Shown: positions 47,358 to 57,833, counted from the first letter of the whole stretch. The stretch: DNA of 63,746 nucleotides, filler included, from Craspedostauros australis (GCA_030167865.1; 9 parts of 9 records of this genome joined end to end with filler, not necessarily neighbours in it); one strand, 5' to 3'. Made by a program: numbers and translations. Notes: generated by a model from the letters alone, not told the origin.

Positions 47358-47519
47358 TTCTTTCTGACCTCACGGTCCTATACGCGTTTTCACTGCCGTT
47401 CCACCCAGCCCAGCGCCGTCATTGGTCTGATCGCTGGTGTTCGGGCTGTGTTTCGCACACACACAATTCAAAAAAAAAAAAAAAACACACGCTCTTCCGT
47501 CTTTTTCGCACTCGCCACC

Positions 47520-49421
47520 ATGACGCGCAACAACAACTCTCCCAGCACTGGCGGGTCCAACGCTGATGGCCATGTTGATGGCGCACCTCCGGCTGATGGT
47601 GTACCACAGGGTGATGCCGATAACGGCTTACAGCCTCCGCCAAATGCAGTGGAGTTCACGCCTGGCGCTCTGGTTCGGCCCATCCTCCGCACGGCGTTCT
47701 TCTCTCCGCGCGGCATTGAAGTCATCGTGAAGTACTTCCAGTACTGTGAAGATGAAGATGCCGTCTGGGGGCGCCTGCACCATCTACTGTCGATCGAGGA
47801 TGATCGTCGCACGTCTACGGCGCTTCAGCGCTTTGGCGACGTTGACCCCGCTGATCTAAACGAACTCAAGACTCTACGTGGGTGGTTTCAGAAGTCCGCC
47901 CTACCTACTGCCTTCCAGTGGGGCGACTTCAGCTCGACCATGTACCGCGGCGGCATTCCCATGGGTCCGTCCGAGGGCGGTGCTGCTGCTGCTCCCCAAG
48001 ACAGCGCCCACGATGATTCCAACGTGGGTGCGACTACGCATGACGCCTCAGGTCACACCCTGGGCAATACGGGTGATGCGGCAGGTGATCCTCACAGCTT
48101 CGTGACTGATCCAGACCTCGCTGCCATGTTCAATGCGGGTGTTGACACTCCTGACACGCGCACGCCGCGTGCGCGTCCTGCGCGGTTCGCTCCAAGCCCG
48201 GTCGTACCAACGCGAACCGGAGGGTGTCCTGACTTCTACGAGGACATCCGGCGTGAAGAAGCCGCCAACCGTGCCAAGTACAAGAACACCATGCCGTATG
48301 GCGCCGACCTTGGGCCGCACCCCACTTGGAAGGTGTGGGCCAGTGCTCGAGTTCACATTGATTTGCGCGGTTTTTCCGATGCATACATCCCCAAGCTCTC
48401 CTCGCTTGAACCGCATGCCATCTGCACTTGGTACAACCATTACCAGCAGGTGGCTTCGCAGTTTGGCGTTCATGTCATTCCGCTCTCCATGTACCGTGTG
48501 GATTGCGTTGTCTTCCCGTCCTCACTTCCAAGCGCCACCATTGCGGCGATCAACAATGCGCACTTCCTCAAGCTCACCACACCCGGGACTCTTGAGATAG
48601 CTCCTGACACGCCTCTGGCTTTGCATAGCCAGGCGTTCCTCCAAGAACGTGGCCACGAGATGTTGAGTGCCTTCAACTTTCTGCACCGCGTGCTGCAATA
48701 CACCGTCACCGCACCCGCGGCTGCTGGTCTCCCAGTGCCGCCCAAATTTGTTGCTGCCAATGGCATCATTGGGTTTGCGACGGCGCTGATGGCATTCCTG
48801 AACCAGCACGGCAGTGCACATCAGTACAGTCCGCGTCGAGCGGCTGTGCACTTCCTTGATGAAGTCGGACGTGCAGGGCATAATGTCCGGCAGTTCCGTG
48901 AGATGGTCCTAGCTGTCCCAGAGCACGCGCCGCTCCCTGACGGATTACACGTTGGGGAACTGGCTGTCAAGATGGCGGATGCATCGGACTCGGGACGCAC
49001 GGCCCACGCTGTCACGCGCTCTCAACGCAAGGGCGTGCGGTTTGACGATGAGCGCTCAGAAGGTCGCAAGTCCCGCAGCCCTGAGCGTTCCCGTGGACGT
49101 CGCGACGATGACGGCGAGGGACGACGAGTTTTTCGCCAGCCGGCGCCCGGCGCAGTGTGCGATGCATGTGGTCGGCGCGGCCATCATGCGGAAAGTTGCA
49201 TCTTCCTTGCACGTCACAGGCTCCTTGCGCAGTATTGCGAGAAGCATGCGGAGCTGGCCGACAAGCTCAGCATCGCTCTGCGTCGCATCGGCAAGAACGA
49301 TGCCCGGCGCGCGATCGCAAGGCTCCTCAAGGTTGACGACGGCGATGCCGAATGGTCCAGTGAGCCGTCTGACGAGGAACTCCTTGTTGCCATGATGCAC
49401 TTGGAACAGGATTTTCCATAA
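47520..49421 (+). CDS. gag: Retrotransposon Gag (~633 aa)
   Basis: GCCACCATG start; CX2CX4HX4C knuckle CDACGRRGHHAESC near the C-terminus; TAA at 49419-49421. Confidence 0.88.
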   Translation: MTRNNNSPSTGGSNADGHVDGAPPADGVPQGDADNGLQPPPNAVEFTPGALVRPILRTAFFSPRGIEVIVKYFQYCEDEDAVWGRLHHLLSIEDDRRTSTALQRFGDVDPADLNELKTLRGWFQKSALPTAFQWGDFSSTMYRGGIPMGPSEGGAAAAPQDSAHDDSNVGATTHDASGHTLGNTGDAAGDPHSFVTDPDLAAMFNAGVDTPDTRTPRARPARFAPSPVVPTRTGGCPDFYEDIRREEAANRAKYKNTMPYGADLGPHPTWKVWASARVHIDLRGFSDAYIPKLSSLEPHAICTWYNHYQQVASQFGVHVIPLSMYRVDCVVFPSSLPSATIAAINNAHFLKLTTPGTLEIAPDTPLALHSQAFLQERGHEMLSAFNFLHRVLQYTVTAPAAAGLPVPPKFVAANGIIGFATALMAFLNQHGSAHQYSPRRAAVHFLDEVGRAGHNVRQFREMVLAVPEHAPLPDGLHVGELAVKMADASDSGRTAHAVTRSQRKGVRFDDERSEGRKSRSPERSRGRRDDDGEGRRVFRQPAPGAVCDACGRRGHHAESCIFLARHRLLAQYCEKHAELADKLSIALRRIGKNDARRAIARLLKVDDGDAEWSSEPSDEELLVAMMHLEQDFP

Positions 49422-49456
49422 GCCGGCGAGCAGGGGCACCTCCTCGTGAACGGCTT
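49409..49456 (+). promoter_or_regulatory. Putative -1 programmed ribosomal frameshift signal (G GAT TTT plus bulged hairpin)
   Basis: Heptamer is in gag phase, one codon before the stop; pol lies in the -1 frame, open from 49373; hairpin spans 49420-49456. Confidence 0.75.
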
Positions 49457-52400
49457 CAGCACATGGATAGCGCGGCAGGCGCAGGGAATGTCACTACAGG
49501 TGACTCGCTGCCGGTGCTTGGCAACAACCCTGCGCAACGCGACGCTGTGGTACAGCGTCAAGCCCGTGACTGGACCATGGTGGACGCTTCTTGCATGTCC
49601 AACGTATACCACGCACATTCGGTGTGTGCGGATGGTTGCGACACGCCGCTATTGCATCAAGTGGTCCCCGTCGGGCAGTTCAATCACATTGTGGGACAAC
49701 AGTGTGATCTGGGCGCCAACATCTCCGTGACCAATGTCAAGACTATGCTCACCGACTGCCAAGCTCTCGCACACCCGATCAACCTATCAGGTGCGGATGC
49801 AAGATCCACAGCCATGATGTGCTCACACCGGGGCACCTTTCCCTTTCGGTTGGATGATGGCGACGTCATTCCGATTCCGATGTTCTTCTGTGAGCATGTT
49901 TCCGCCACATTGCTGTCGCCGCAGCTCATATGTGAACACTCCCAAGTTTTTCACACATTCGACGTTGTGTGCCGAGATCGGGATGATCCGCATGTCCGGT
50001 TTTACACACAGGATGCTGTGGCATACAAGCGTGCTTCCATGGTACGGATGAATGATCTCTTCTTCTTCTCCACCATGTACTCTGCACGAAGACATGTTGC
50101 TCACACCGTAAACGGCGCATTGTCATATGAACTGTGGCATCAACGCCTTGGACACCCTGGTCATCGACAGATGGTGCAGTTGCCTAAACATTCAATCGGG
50201 CTACCGTCTTCTGTGGCCCAAGAACGACACCCCTTACACTCTTGTGACACGTGCCTGGACGCGCATGCACAACGTCAACCAAGAGGTGGCACATCCAATG
50301 TGGACCATCTGCTGAATGGGTCGCGATTTCACCTGGACTTCGGGTACATGCGTGCCAGTTCGGCCCAGTACCACAAGGTCAAGCACATGCCTCCTGTGGT
50401 GGCGTCCTTTGATGGGTGCACTGCGTACCTTGTCATTGTGGATGCGGTATCCCGGTACACTTGGGTGTTTCCAACCGATGGCAAGCGTGCTCCCGTTGCG
50501 CTTGTACAGGAGCATCTGCAGCGATTTGGGCTCAAGGCAGGGTACCGTGCTCTGCGCGTTGACCATGGTGGCGAACTATTCACTTCAAAAGAGTTCGCGC
50601 GAATGGTTCGGGATGCTGGGTACGTCCTAGAGCCCACTGGTTCCGGTGTGCATCACCGCAATGGAAAGGTCGAACGCCTCAATCGGGTACTTGCGGTCAT
50701 GGTGCGGTCCATGCTGTACGGAGCCGGCCTGGAACCCAAGTTCTGGTCTGCCGCAGTTGTCCACTCTGCGTATATTCGCAATCGGATGTGGCACTCTGCC
50801 ATTGGGCGTACGCCTTACGAGGCGCTCAACGGCACGAAACCAGACATTGCGCATTTGCGTGTGTTTGGGGCACTGGTCACCGTGCGCAAACCTGACAAGC
50901 CTACACGCAAGCTTGACGTCCACACGTACCGTGGCGTATTCCTGGGATTTCTCGGGGACGGCGTCAACATCCGCTACTTTGACACGACATCCAACACAGT
51001 CAAGATCGGGGGATCCGTGGTGTTCGATGAAGCGCACTTCATGAGTGACAAGCGTCCTCCTTCCGCGCAGCTTCTGTTCGAACTCGGCGCCGGCCTTTTG
51101 AACGTTGACGACGGGTCTGTCTCTGTCAAGGATGACGAAGGCAACGAGGTGTCCGCGAACGTGCCACCTGCGTGTCAACCAACGTTGGTGCGTGACAAGG
51201 CCCCTCGTACGTGTCAGGATGCTACCGTCGTACCTCTACCACTTCGGGAGGGACTGATCATGCCCACTGGTGCTTCCGCCGCTGCCGTCTCTACAGATGT
51301 CAGCGTGCGCGACGTCATGCTCCTTGATCTCTCAAGTCATCCGTTCGAAACGGCGTTCGATGTGGACATCCCACTGTTCGGGCAACATCCGCAGCTCGGG
51401 ATTATCTGGAACACTGACAACTCGCGCGGCCGTCTTCGACTCCTCGATATTCCGTCTGGACATCGAGCTCGGCGAATTCCTCAATGGCGGTCTCGGCTAC
51501 GGCACGCATACCTACTTGCCGTGAATGGAGTGGAAGTGTACAACGTCCGTGGGCTCGAACAGGCAGTCTCCATGGCTCGTGCAGATGGGAATCCGCATGC
51601 CGTCATGACTTTCGCCTTCGACGCCGTCAGAAACACACTGTCCGAAAAAGGGCTCATACAGCTCTACTTCGATCAGTGGAGGGATATCCGGGACCTGTGT
51701 CGGAGGGCGAAGCAGATGCAACAAAATGATGGAGTACATGACACACGCACCGCTTTGAAGCTCACAAGACGGACTCTTCGCAAGCAAGATGACTGGGAAC
51801 TTTGGCGACAGTCGGAGCACAAACAGTTGCAACAATACGCGGACCAAGGCATGTTTGGTACACCGGTTGCAGCGCGACCGGGTGACCAGGTGTTCCATTG
51901 GGTGTGGGTCTACGTTCTCAAGCAGAATCCCACCGAGACGCGGCGCAAGGCGCGAGCAGTCTGTGATGGTTCGCCGCGCGCTGGCAAAGCCGTGATTACC
52001 GGACACACATTTACTGCCACTCCAGATGCCACGGACTTCAGGCTATTTCTTGCCATCGCAGCCATGGAGAACAAATGTGTATATGGTGCAGACGTCTCCA
52101 ATGCATTTGCTGAAGCACCATGCGGGGCTCAGAAGTACTTCATGCATGTGGACCAACCGTATTCTGACTGGTGGGAGTCGCAGGGCAATTCACCGATACC
52201 TCAAGGTCACGTCATACCCATTCAGAAGAACCTACAAGGACATCCCGAGGCGCCACGACAATGGGCGCGTCACATTGATGCGCAGTTACAACGAATGGGG
52301 TTCGTTCCTACCACGCACGCTCCGTGCCTCTACCGTGCGCGATATCAAGGTCAGGATGTGCTATTTCTTCGACAAGTCGATGACTTTGCAATCGCGTGTG

Positions 52401-53479
52401 CGACGGAGGACACGTACGCTCGCATATGCAACGAACTGGACTCGTTCCTCTTTGTTCCCATGAAGCGATTTGGTGTGCTTCGGCACTTCAATGGCACCGA
52501 CCTCATTCAGACCAGCACGCACATCTCCATGCACAATGGTACATATCTGAGCAAGGTGTTTGAGCGCCATGCGTGGCGTGATATGCATGGGGTACGAACA
52601 CCTATGGCGGTCGACAACAGCCACATCAAGATGTTGGACGGTGAGACGCCTCTCGATGCAAAAGGCCTCAGGGATGCGCAGCAGAACTTTGGATCATACC
52701 GTGCTGCCATAGGAGAGTTGATCTGGCCCATGGTGACGTGCCGGCCGGACATCGCTTTTCCCGTGGTGAAGCTTGCACAATTCTCTGCTGCTCCAGGCCT
52801 CGCACACTTTGCTGCCGTCAAGCGTGTATTCAGATATCTCTTCGCCACCCGCGAACAAGGCATCACTTTTCATCGCACGAAGGTGGTGGCGTATCTTCCG
52901 CACGTGGCTGTCCCGCTGCGTGTTTCGGAGCCGCATGATGCACGCCACGTTCATCCAGATGAAGACCCCTCCGTGGTGTACGGGTACGCTGACAGCGACT
53001 GGGCGTCTGACTCAAGGCATCGACGCTCCGTGTCTAGCATGGCGTTCAAACTCGCCGGTGGCGCGGTGGCGTGGAAAGCAAGGGTTCAGCCGACTGTCGC
53101 AATGTCCAGCACTGAAGCAGAGCTTCTGTGTGCTTCCGATGCGGGTCGAATGGCGTTGTGCCTCCGCAGCACGCTCGATGAGCTCGGCGTGCTTCAGTCT
53201 CATGCCACGGTGCTTTATGAAGACAATCGAGGGGCTCTTATGATCGCCAACGCAGGTCAGCCCTCGCGTCGAACCCGCCACGTGGAAATTCGACATTTTG
53301 CCATTCAGCAATGGGTGGAGAATGCGATGGTGGTATTTAGAGACATCGATTCCGCGGTCAATGCTGGTGACATCGGTACCAAGCAAACTACGCCGCCGCT
53401 CTTTGTTCGGCATTGGGACAATCTATCTGGGCGCAACGTTCCTCCGTGGTCGGCAGCTCTTGCACCGGCTCATGTATGA
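49409..53479 (+). CDS. pol: Retrotransposon Pol (PR-IN-[PDZ-like]-RT-RNase H), -1 frame relative to gag; first ATG 49463
   Basis: DLGAN protease motif; LWHQRLGH...CDTC; integrase D-D-E (FHLDFG, RVDHGGE, GKVERLNR); RT ADVSNAF, LQGHPEAPRQW, RQVDD; RNase H YADSDWA, SSTEAE, YEDN, DIGTK. No internal stops. Confidence 0.95.
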   Translation, partial: GFSISRRAGAPPRERLQHMDSAAGAGNVTTGDSLPVLGNNPAQRDAVVQRQARDWTMVDASCMSNVYHAHSVCADGCDTPLLHQVVPVGQFNHIVGQQCDLGANISVTNVKTMLTDCQALAHPINLSGADARSTAMMCSHRGTFPFRLDDGDVIPIPMFFCEHVSATLLSPQLICEHSQVFHTFDVVCRDRDDPHVRFYTQDAVAYKRASMVRMNDLFFFSTMYSARRHVAHTVNGALSYELWHQRLGHPGHRQMVQLPKHSIGLPSSVAQERHPLHSCDTCLDAHAQRQPRGGTSNVDHLLNGSRFHLDFGYMRASSAQYHKVKHMPPVVASFDGCTAYLVIVDAVSRYTWVFPTDGKRAPVALVQEHLQRFGLKAGYRALRVDHGGELFTSKEFARMVRDAGYVLEPTGSGVHHRNGKVERLNRVLAVMVRSMLYGAGLEPKFWSAAVVHSAYIRNRMWHSAIGRTPYEALNGTKPDIAHLRVFGALVTVRKPDKPTRKLDVHTYRGVFLGFLGDGVNIRYFDTTSNTVKIGGSVVFDEAHFMSDKRPPSAQLLFELGAGLLNVDDGSVSVKDDEGNEVSANVPPACQPTLVRDKAPRTCQDATVVPLPLREGLIMPTGASAAAVSTDVSVRDVMLLDLSSHPFETAFDVDIPLFGQHPQLGIIWNTDNSRGRLRLLDIPSGHRARRIPQWRSRLRHAYLLAVNGVEVYNVRGLEQAVSMARADGNPHAVMTFAFDAVRNTLSEKGLIQLYFDQWRDIRDLCRRAKQMQQNDGVHDTRTALKLTRRTLRKQDDWELWRQSEHKQLQQYADQGMFGTPVAARPGDQVFHWVWVYVLKQNPTETRRKARAVCDGSPRAGKAVITGHTFTATPDATDFRLFLAIAAMENKCVYGADVSNAFAEAPCGAQKYFMHVDQPYSDWWESQGNSPIPQGHVIPIQKNLQGHPEAPRQWARHIDAQLQRMGFVPTTHAPCLYRARYQGQDVLFLRQVDDFAIACATEDTYARICNELDSFLFVPMKRFGVLRHFNGTDLIQTSTHISMHNGTYLSKVFERHAWRDMHGVRTPMAVDNSHIKMLDGETPLDAKGLRDAQQNFGSYRAAIGELIWPMVTCRPDIAFPVVKLAQFSAAPGLAHFAAVKRVFRYLFATREQGITFHRTKVVAYLPHVAVPLRVSEPHDARHVHPDEDPSVVYGYADSDWASDSRHRRSVSSMAFKLAGGAVAWKARVQPTVAMSSTEAELLCASDAGRMALCLRSTLDELGVLQSHATVLYEDNRGALMIANAGQPSRRTRHVEIRHFAIQQWVENAMVVFRDIDSAVNAGDIGTKQTTPPLFVRHWDNLSGRNVPPWSAALAPAHV

Positions 53480-53543
53480 TTTGCGTATTTAGTTTTAGTT
53501 AATTAGTGTTCCGATCGAGTGGCCCTCTGGACCTCGCGATCGT

Positions 53544-53550
53544 GGGGGGG
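53544..53550 (+). promoter_or_regulatory. Polypurine tract (G7)
   Basis: Lies directly 5' of the 3' LTR. Confidence 0.8.
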
Positions 53551-53647
53551 TGTCACAGTCTGGCCTATGTCCGTCTGTGCTCGTCTCTCTCACCACAGGA
53601 ACATCTCATAAATTCTGTGTTTCCCCAATTCACAGTCTCCTCTCACA
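53551..53647 (+). repeat. 3' LTR (97 bp)
   Basis: Identical to the 5' LTR; followed by GCTGT. Confidence 0.97.
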
Positions 53648-54674
53648 GCTGTATCCATGTCTCACATGAGTCCTCTACAACAAACGTATCTGCAGAGTTA
53701 GGATTCGGGCGTAGACAGCGCGAATCGGTGGAGGATGCCTCTTGGATCTACCGGCTTTGGGATAGCCGTGTGATGCAGTTCAAGAGAAGTGTACTGATTG
53801 AAGAGTTGTTACTGTAACGATGAGTAGAAGAGTGCTTTGTAGCTAATCCTTGTCTGTTTATTATGAGTTAGCTTGTAGTGTTAGTAGGGTGAAGAAACGA
53901 TGCCACACAGCTTGGCGAGACCCTGCACTGATGTACTTGGTTCAGTGCTTGAGGGTAGATGATCATAACAGTGCCTTGTTCTCCATACATGTAGATACAC
54001 TGCAGTGTAGATCATGACTCATGTTAGTGACAGTCATGAAGCAGTGGCTGTGACTGGAGCTGACCCTCGGATTCCATTGCTCGAGTTGAAGCAGGTTGGA
54101 TACACATGTCAAGACTACAGCAGTAGTGCAGTATTCATCAGCATGAAGGGAATCGAGGAATGTTGTAGTAAGAGGATCTGAGGAGCATATAGTTCCCAAG
54201 GTGGGGTGTGTGTCAGGAATCGGGTGTCATGAAACACGTGATTGCCGCACCTCCCAAGAGTGAGAAGACAAGTTCCATGAAACACTATATTACCGCACCT
54301 CCCACTGTGACATTGTGAACACCAAAATGTGAGGTACATGACAGGGCGAATGGTATCCTGAGAAGAATGGTGAATGACAAGTGTGGATCGGATGATGATG
54401 ACTGTGAAGGGTAATGCAATCATCCAATACACAGTTGCATGTCACACGGGGCTGCAATGATGCGCTCGTGACCACCATCAGGTACAAGCAAATACAGCCC
54501 TCATGTAATGACGAACAAAGAACCGAGGAGTCGGAATATCCCATTACCACGAAGTACAAAAAGGACCGTGAGAGNNNNNNNNNNNNNNNNNNNNNNNNNN
54601 NNNNNNNNNNNNNNNNNNTTAATTAATTAANNNNNNNNNNNNNNNNNNNNNNNNNNNNNNNNNNNNNNNNNNNN

Positions 54675-57600
54675 TACTTCGAAAAGATCGTCCCTGCTGG
54701 CGTCCGACCCATCGATCTGGTCATCAAGAGCACGTGCGATCAAACCATCAGCTACCGCATCTCTGGACCCGAAGTCATGCATACCGGGGTTGGCGATTAT
54801 CACGACAGCCGATTCGACCATCTGGAGTTGTCTGCCAAGTTCTCAATCCTGGAAGGTACCGAATATCTGCACGTATGCCACTACTCGATAAGTCTATATC
54901 CAACAGAAGACTTTGAGTCTGAGTACATCACAAGCACACCGTTGACTTACACCATCGCCGTCGTCCTGGTCTTCATGGTGACTTCGGTAGCCTTCATCCT
55001 GTATGATTATCTCGTTCAGAACCGGCAGAAGACCGTGATGCATTCAGCTGCCCGAACGAATGCCATCGTCACATCTCTCTTTCCCGCACAGTTCCGCGAT
55101 CGATTGATCAAGGATCATGATGCCGCAGTGAAGGACACAGAGAGGCACAAGGTTGAAGGCAGAGACCAGATCGCGCCATCTCCCGTCTCGAATCTGTTCA
55201 CAAGAGGCAAAGCCATTCTCCGAGGAGCATCAAGAAACTCAAGAAACACAAGCAACGCGGCATCATCAGCCCGCAACCATGCTAGTGCCCCAAGGAAGAT
55301 CACGAGACGGATGGAAAGCTTCGCTGACTACGAGGCCGAAAAGACGCGGCTGCTTCTATCGGAGCCCATCGCAGATCTGTTCCCGTCCGTCACAGTCCTA
55401 TTCGCTGACATCGCCGGCTTCACAGCGTGGGCCAGCGTGAGGGAGCCGTCCCAAGTCTTCACTCTCCTTGAGCAGATCTACAGCACGTTCGACGCCATCG
55501 CGAAGCGAAGAGGCATCTTCAAGGTCGAAACGATCGGAGATTGCTATGTTGCTGCGTGCGGACTTCCGAATCCTCGTGACGATCATGCCGTGGCCATGCT
55601 GCGGTTTGCACAAGAGTGTCTACATCAGATGAGTGGCTGTGTGCAATCGTTGGAAGTGCTTCTGGGGCCTGACACCGGCGATCTGACCATGAGGTTCGGT
55701 ATCCATTCTGGTCCTGTCACTGCTGGCGTGCTGCGCGGCGAGAAGACTCGCTTCCAGCTGTTCGGTGACACCGTCAACATGGCTGCAAGGATGGAGAGCA
55801 CTGGTCTTGAAAATCGCATCCATGTGTCCGCTGACACAGCCAAGCTGCTTGCAGCGAATGGCAAGCCACACTGGACTGTGGCAAGAGACGGCCTCGTCGA
55901 AATCAAGGGCAAGGGCAAGGTCCAGACGTACTGGGCATTCGATCGCAACCATCATAGCTTGCACGGATCCATCCAGATGATGGCCTCCGCAATGCAAGTT
56001 GTCGATGGCTCCATCCAAATCGAAAGCAACGGCATCGATCCGACTACGAGCATGCAGACGCTGGCCACTGCCAAACAAGACACTGTTCGCCCCGGCGCAT
56101 CATGCCCGATGACAACTGCAACTTCCATCTCAATGGCAGGGATCATAACCACACAACCGACCTCCGGGTTAACCACTCCCAGCGTAGTAGGTGCGGTGCC
56201 ACCACTGACAGCATCGCCGGTCTGTCACAGCAAACATACACACAGCAAGCAGGAACAACAAGAAAGGAAGATGGAGCGACTGGTGGAGTGGAATGCAGAG
56301 GTTCTTCAAGGACTACTGCAGAAGGTGGTGGCGATGCGAGATCCACGATCCTCTTCTTCTTCTTCGTCGTCGTCGTTCACAAGGAGCCGACCGAACGCAT
56401 CAGGTGATCATTCAGATCCGGTGAACTTCCTTGCAGTGACACCTGGCGATGACAAGCCTGATCATACCGTCATAGATGAAGTGAAGGAAATCATCGAGCT
56501 TCCGGACAGGGCCTCCAAGTACAAGTGCGACCCAGCGACTGTGAAGTTGGATCCCACCGTCATATCCGAGCTGCGCGAATATGTCACCGCCGTCTCGCAA
56601 ATGTACCGACACAACTCCTTCCATTGCTTCGAGCATGCCTCTCACGTCGTGCAATCGGTGACGAAGTTGCTGTCACGTGTCGTGACGCCCGACAAACGAA
56701 TCGACTGCATCAGCAGCGCCGACACCAACGGCGACAATCGCACCGTGGAGTGGGCGTACCAGCAGCAGAGCATGGACAATGCGAACAACACTGGCGCGAT
56801 GACATCGACATCGTTGTCACACAAGGCATCGACCAGCGCGGGAAGGGCCAAGAAGCTGCACGAGTACACGTACGGGATCACATCGGATCCATTGACTCAG
56901 TTCGCCTGTGCGTTCTCCGCCCTGATCCATGATGTGGATCACTGCGGCGTTCCAAACACGGTGCTCGTCAAGGAGGGCGTGGGCATCGCCACCCACTACA
57001 AGAACAAGAGCGTCGCCGAGCAAAACTCCGTCGATCTCGCATGGGGACTCCTAAGTCATGACAACTTTGCGAATCTCCGACGATGCATCTGTGCGACGCA
57101 GTCCGACCTCGAACGGTTCCGACAGCTCGTCGTAAACTCCGTCATGGCGACAGATATCGCTGACAAGGATCTCGGGGCCTTGCGCAAGGCACGGTGGGAA
57201 CGGGCCTTCGCGGAACAGGACGACGAGGAGAGCGGCCACAACCGCACAGACAGCACAACTGACCATTCCGACACTGGTAGGACCGGCGACGGGGGACAGG
57301 ACAAGACCTCGCAAGGCGATCAGCAACAAGGCCGCACGAGCGCCAAGCAGCGCCGACTGAATCGCCTGATGGCACAGAACCGCAAGGCCACCATCGTCAT
57401 CGAGCATCTCATCCAGGCGTCGGATGTGTCGCACACGATGCAGCACTGGCACGTGTACNTGAAGTGGAACGAACGACTGTTCCATGAGATGTACGCAGCC
57501 TACCTGGCAGGCAGATTTGGAGAAGATGGTGCCAATCCGGCAGAGGGGTGGTATGCCGGCGAGCTGTCATTCTTCGACTTCTACCTCATCCCACTGGCCA

Positions 57601-57733
57601 AGAAGCTGTCCACCTGTGGAGTCTTCGGAGTTGCTTCGGACGAGTACCTGAACTACGCCACGGCCAATCGTCAGGAATGGGAGCGCAAGGGGAAGGACGT
57701 GGTGCAGATGTACATGTCGAAGTATCAGACGCA
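54675..57733 (+). CDS. Receptor-type class III nucleotidyl cyclase fused to a class I PDE domain (3' part; spans the whole contig)
   Basis: TM segment YTIAVVLVFMVTSVAFILYD; cyclase LFADIAGFTAW, FKVETIGDCY, RFQLFGDTVNMAARMES; PDE FHCFEHASHV, HDVDH, VMATD, QASDVSH. One ambiguous base at 57459; stop codon not reached. Confidence 0.92.
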
Positions 57734-57833
57734 NNNNNNNNNNNNNNNNNNNNNNNNNNNNNNNNNNNNNNNNNNNNTTAATTAATTAANNNNNNNNNNN
57801 NNNNNNNNNNNNNNNNNNNNNNNNNNNNNNNNN

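Larger units (their letters stand above)
47249..53647 (+). mobile_element. Full-length Ty1/Copia (CoDi-like) LTR retrotransposon, 6399 bp, with GCTGT target-site duplication
   Basis: Identical 97-bp TG...CA LTRs; GCTGT at 47244-47248 and 53648-53652; domain order gag, PR, IN, RT, RH (Copia order); G7 polypurine tract. Confidence 0.97.

Noticed and set aside
47448..47519. Gag N-terminal extension MFRTHTIQKKKKN
   Set aside because: Non-ATG start running through the A16 leader tract; ATG 47520 has a strong GCCACCATG context.
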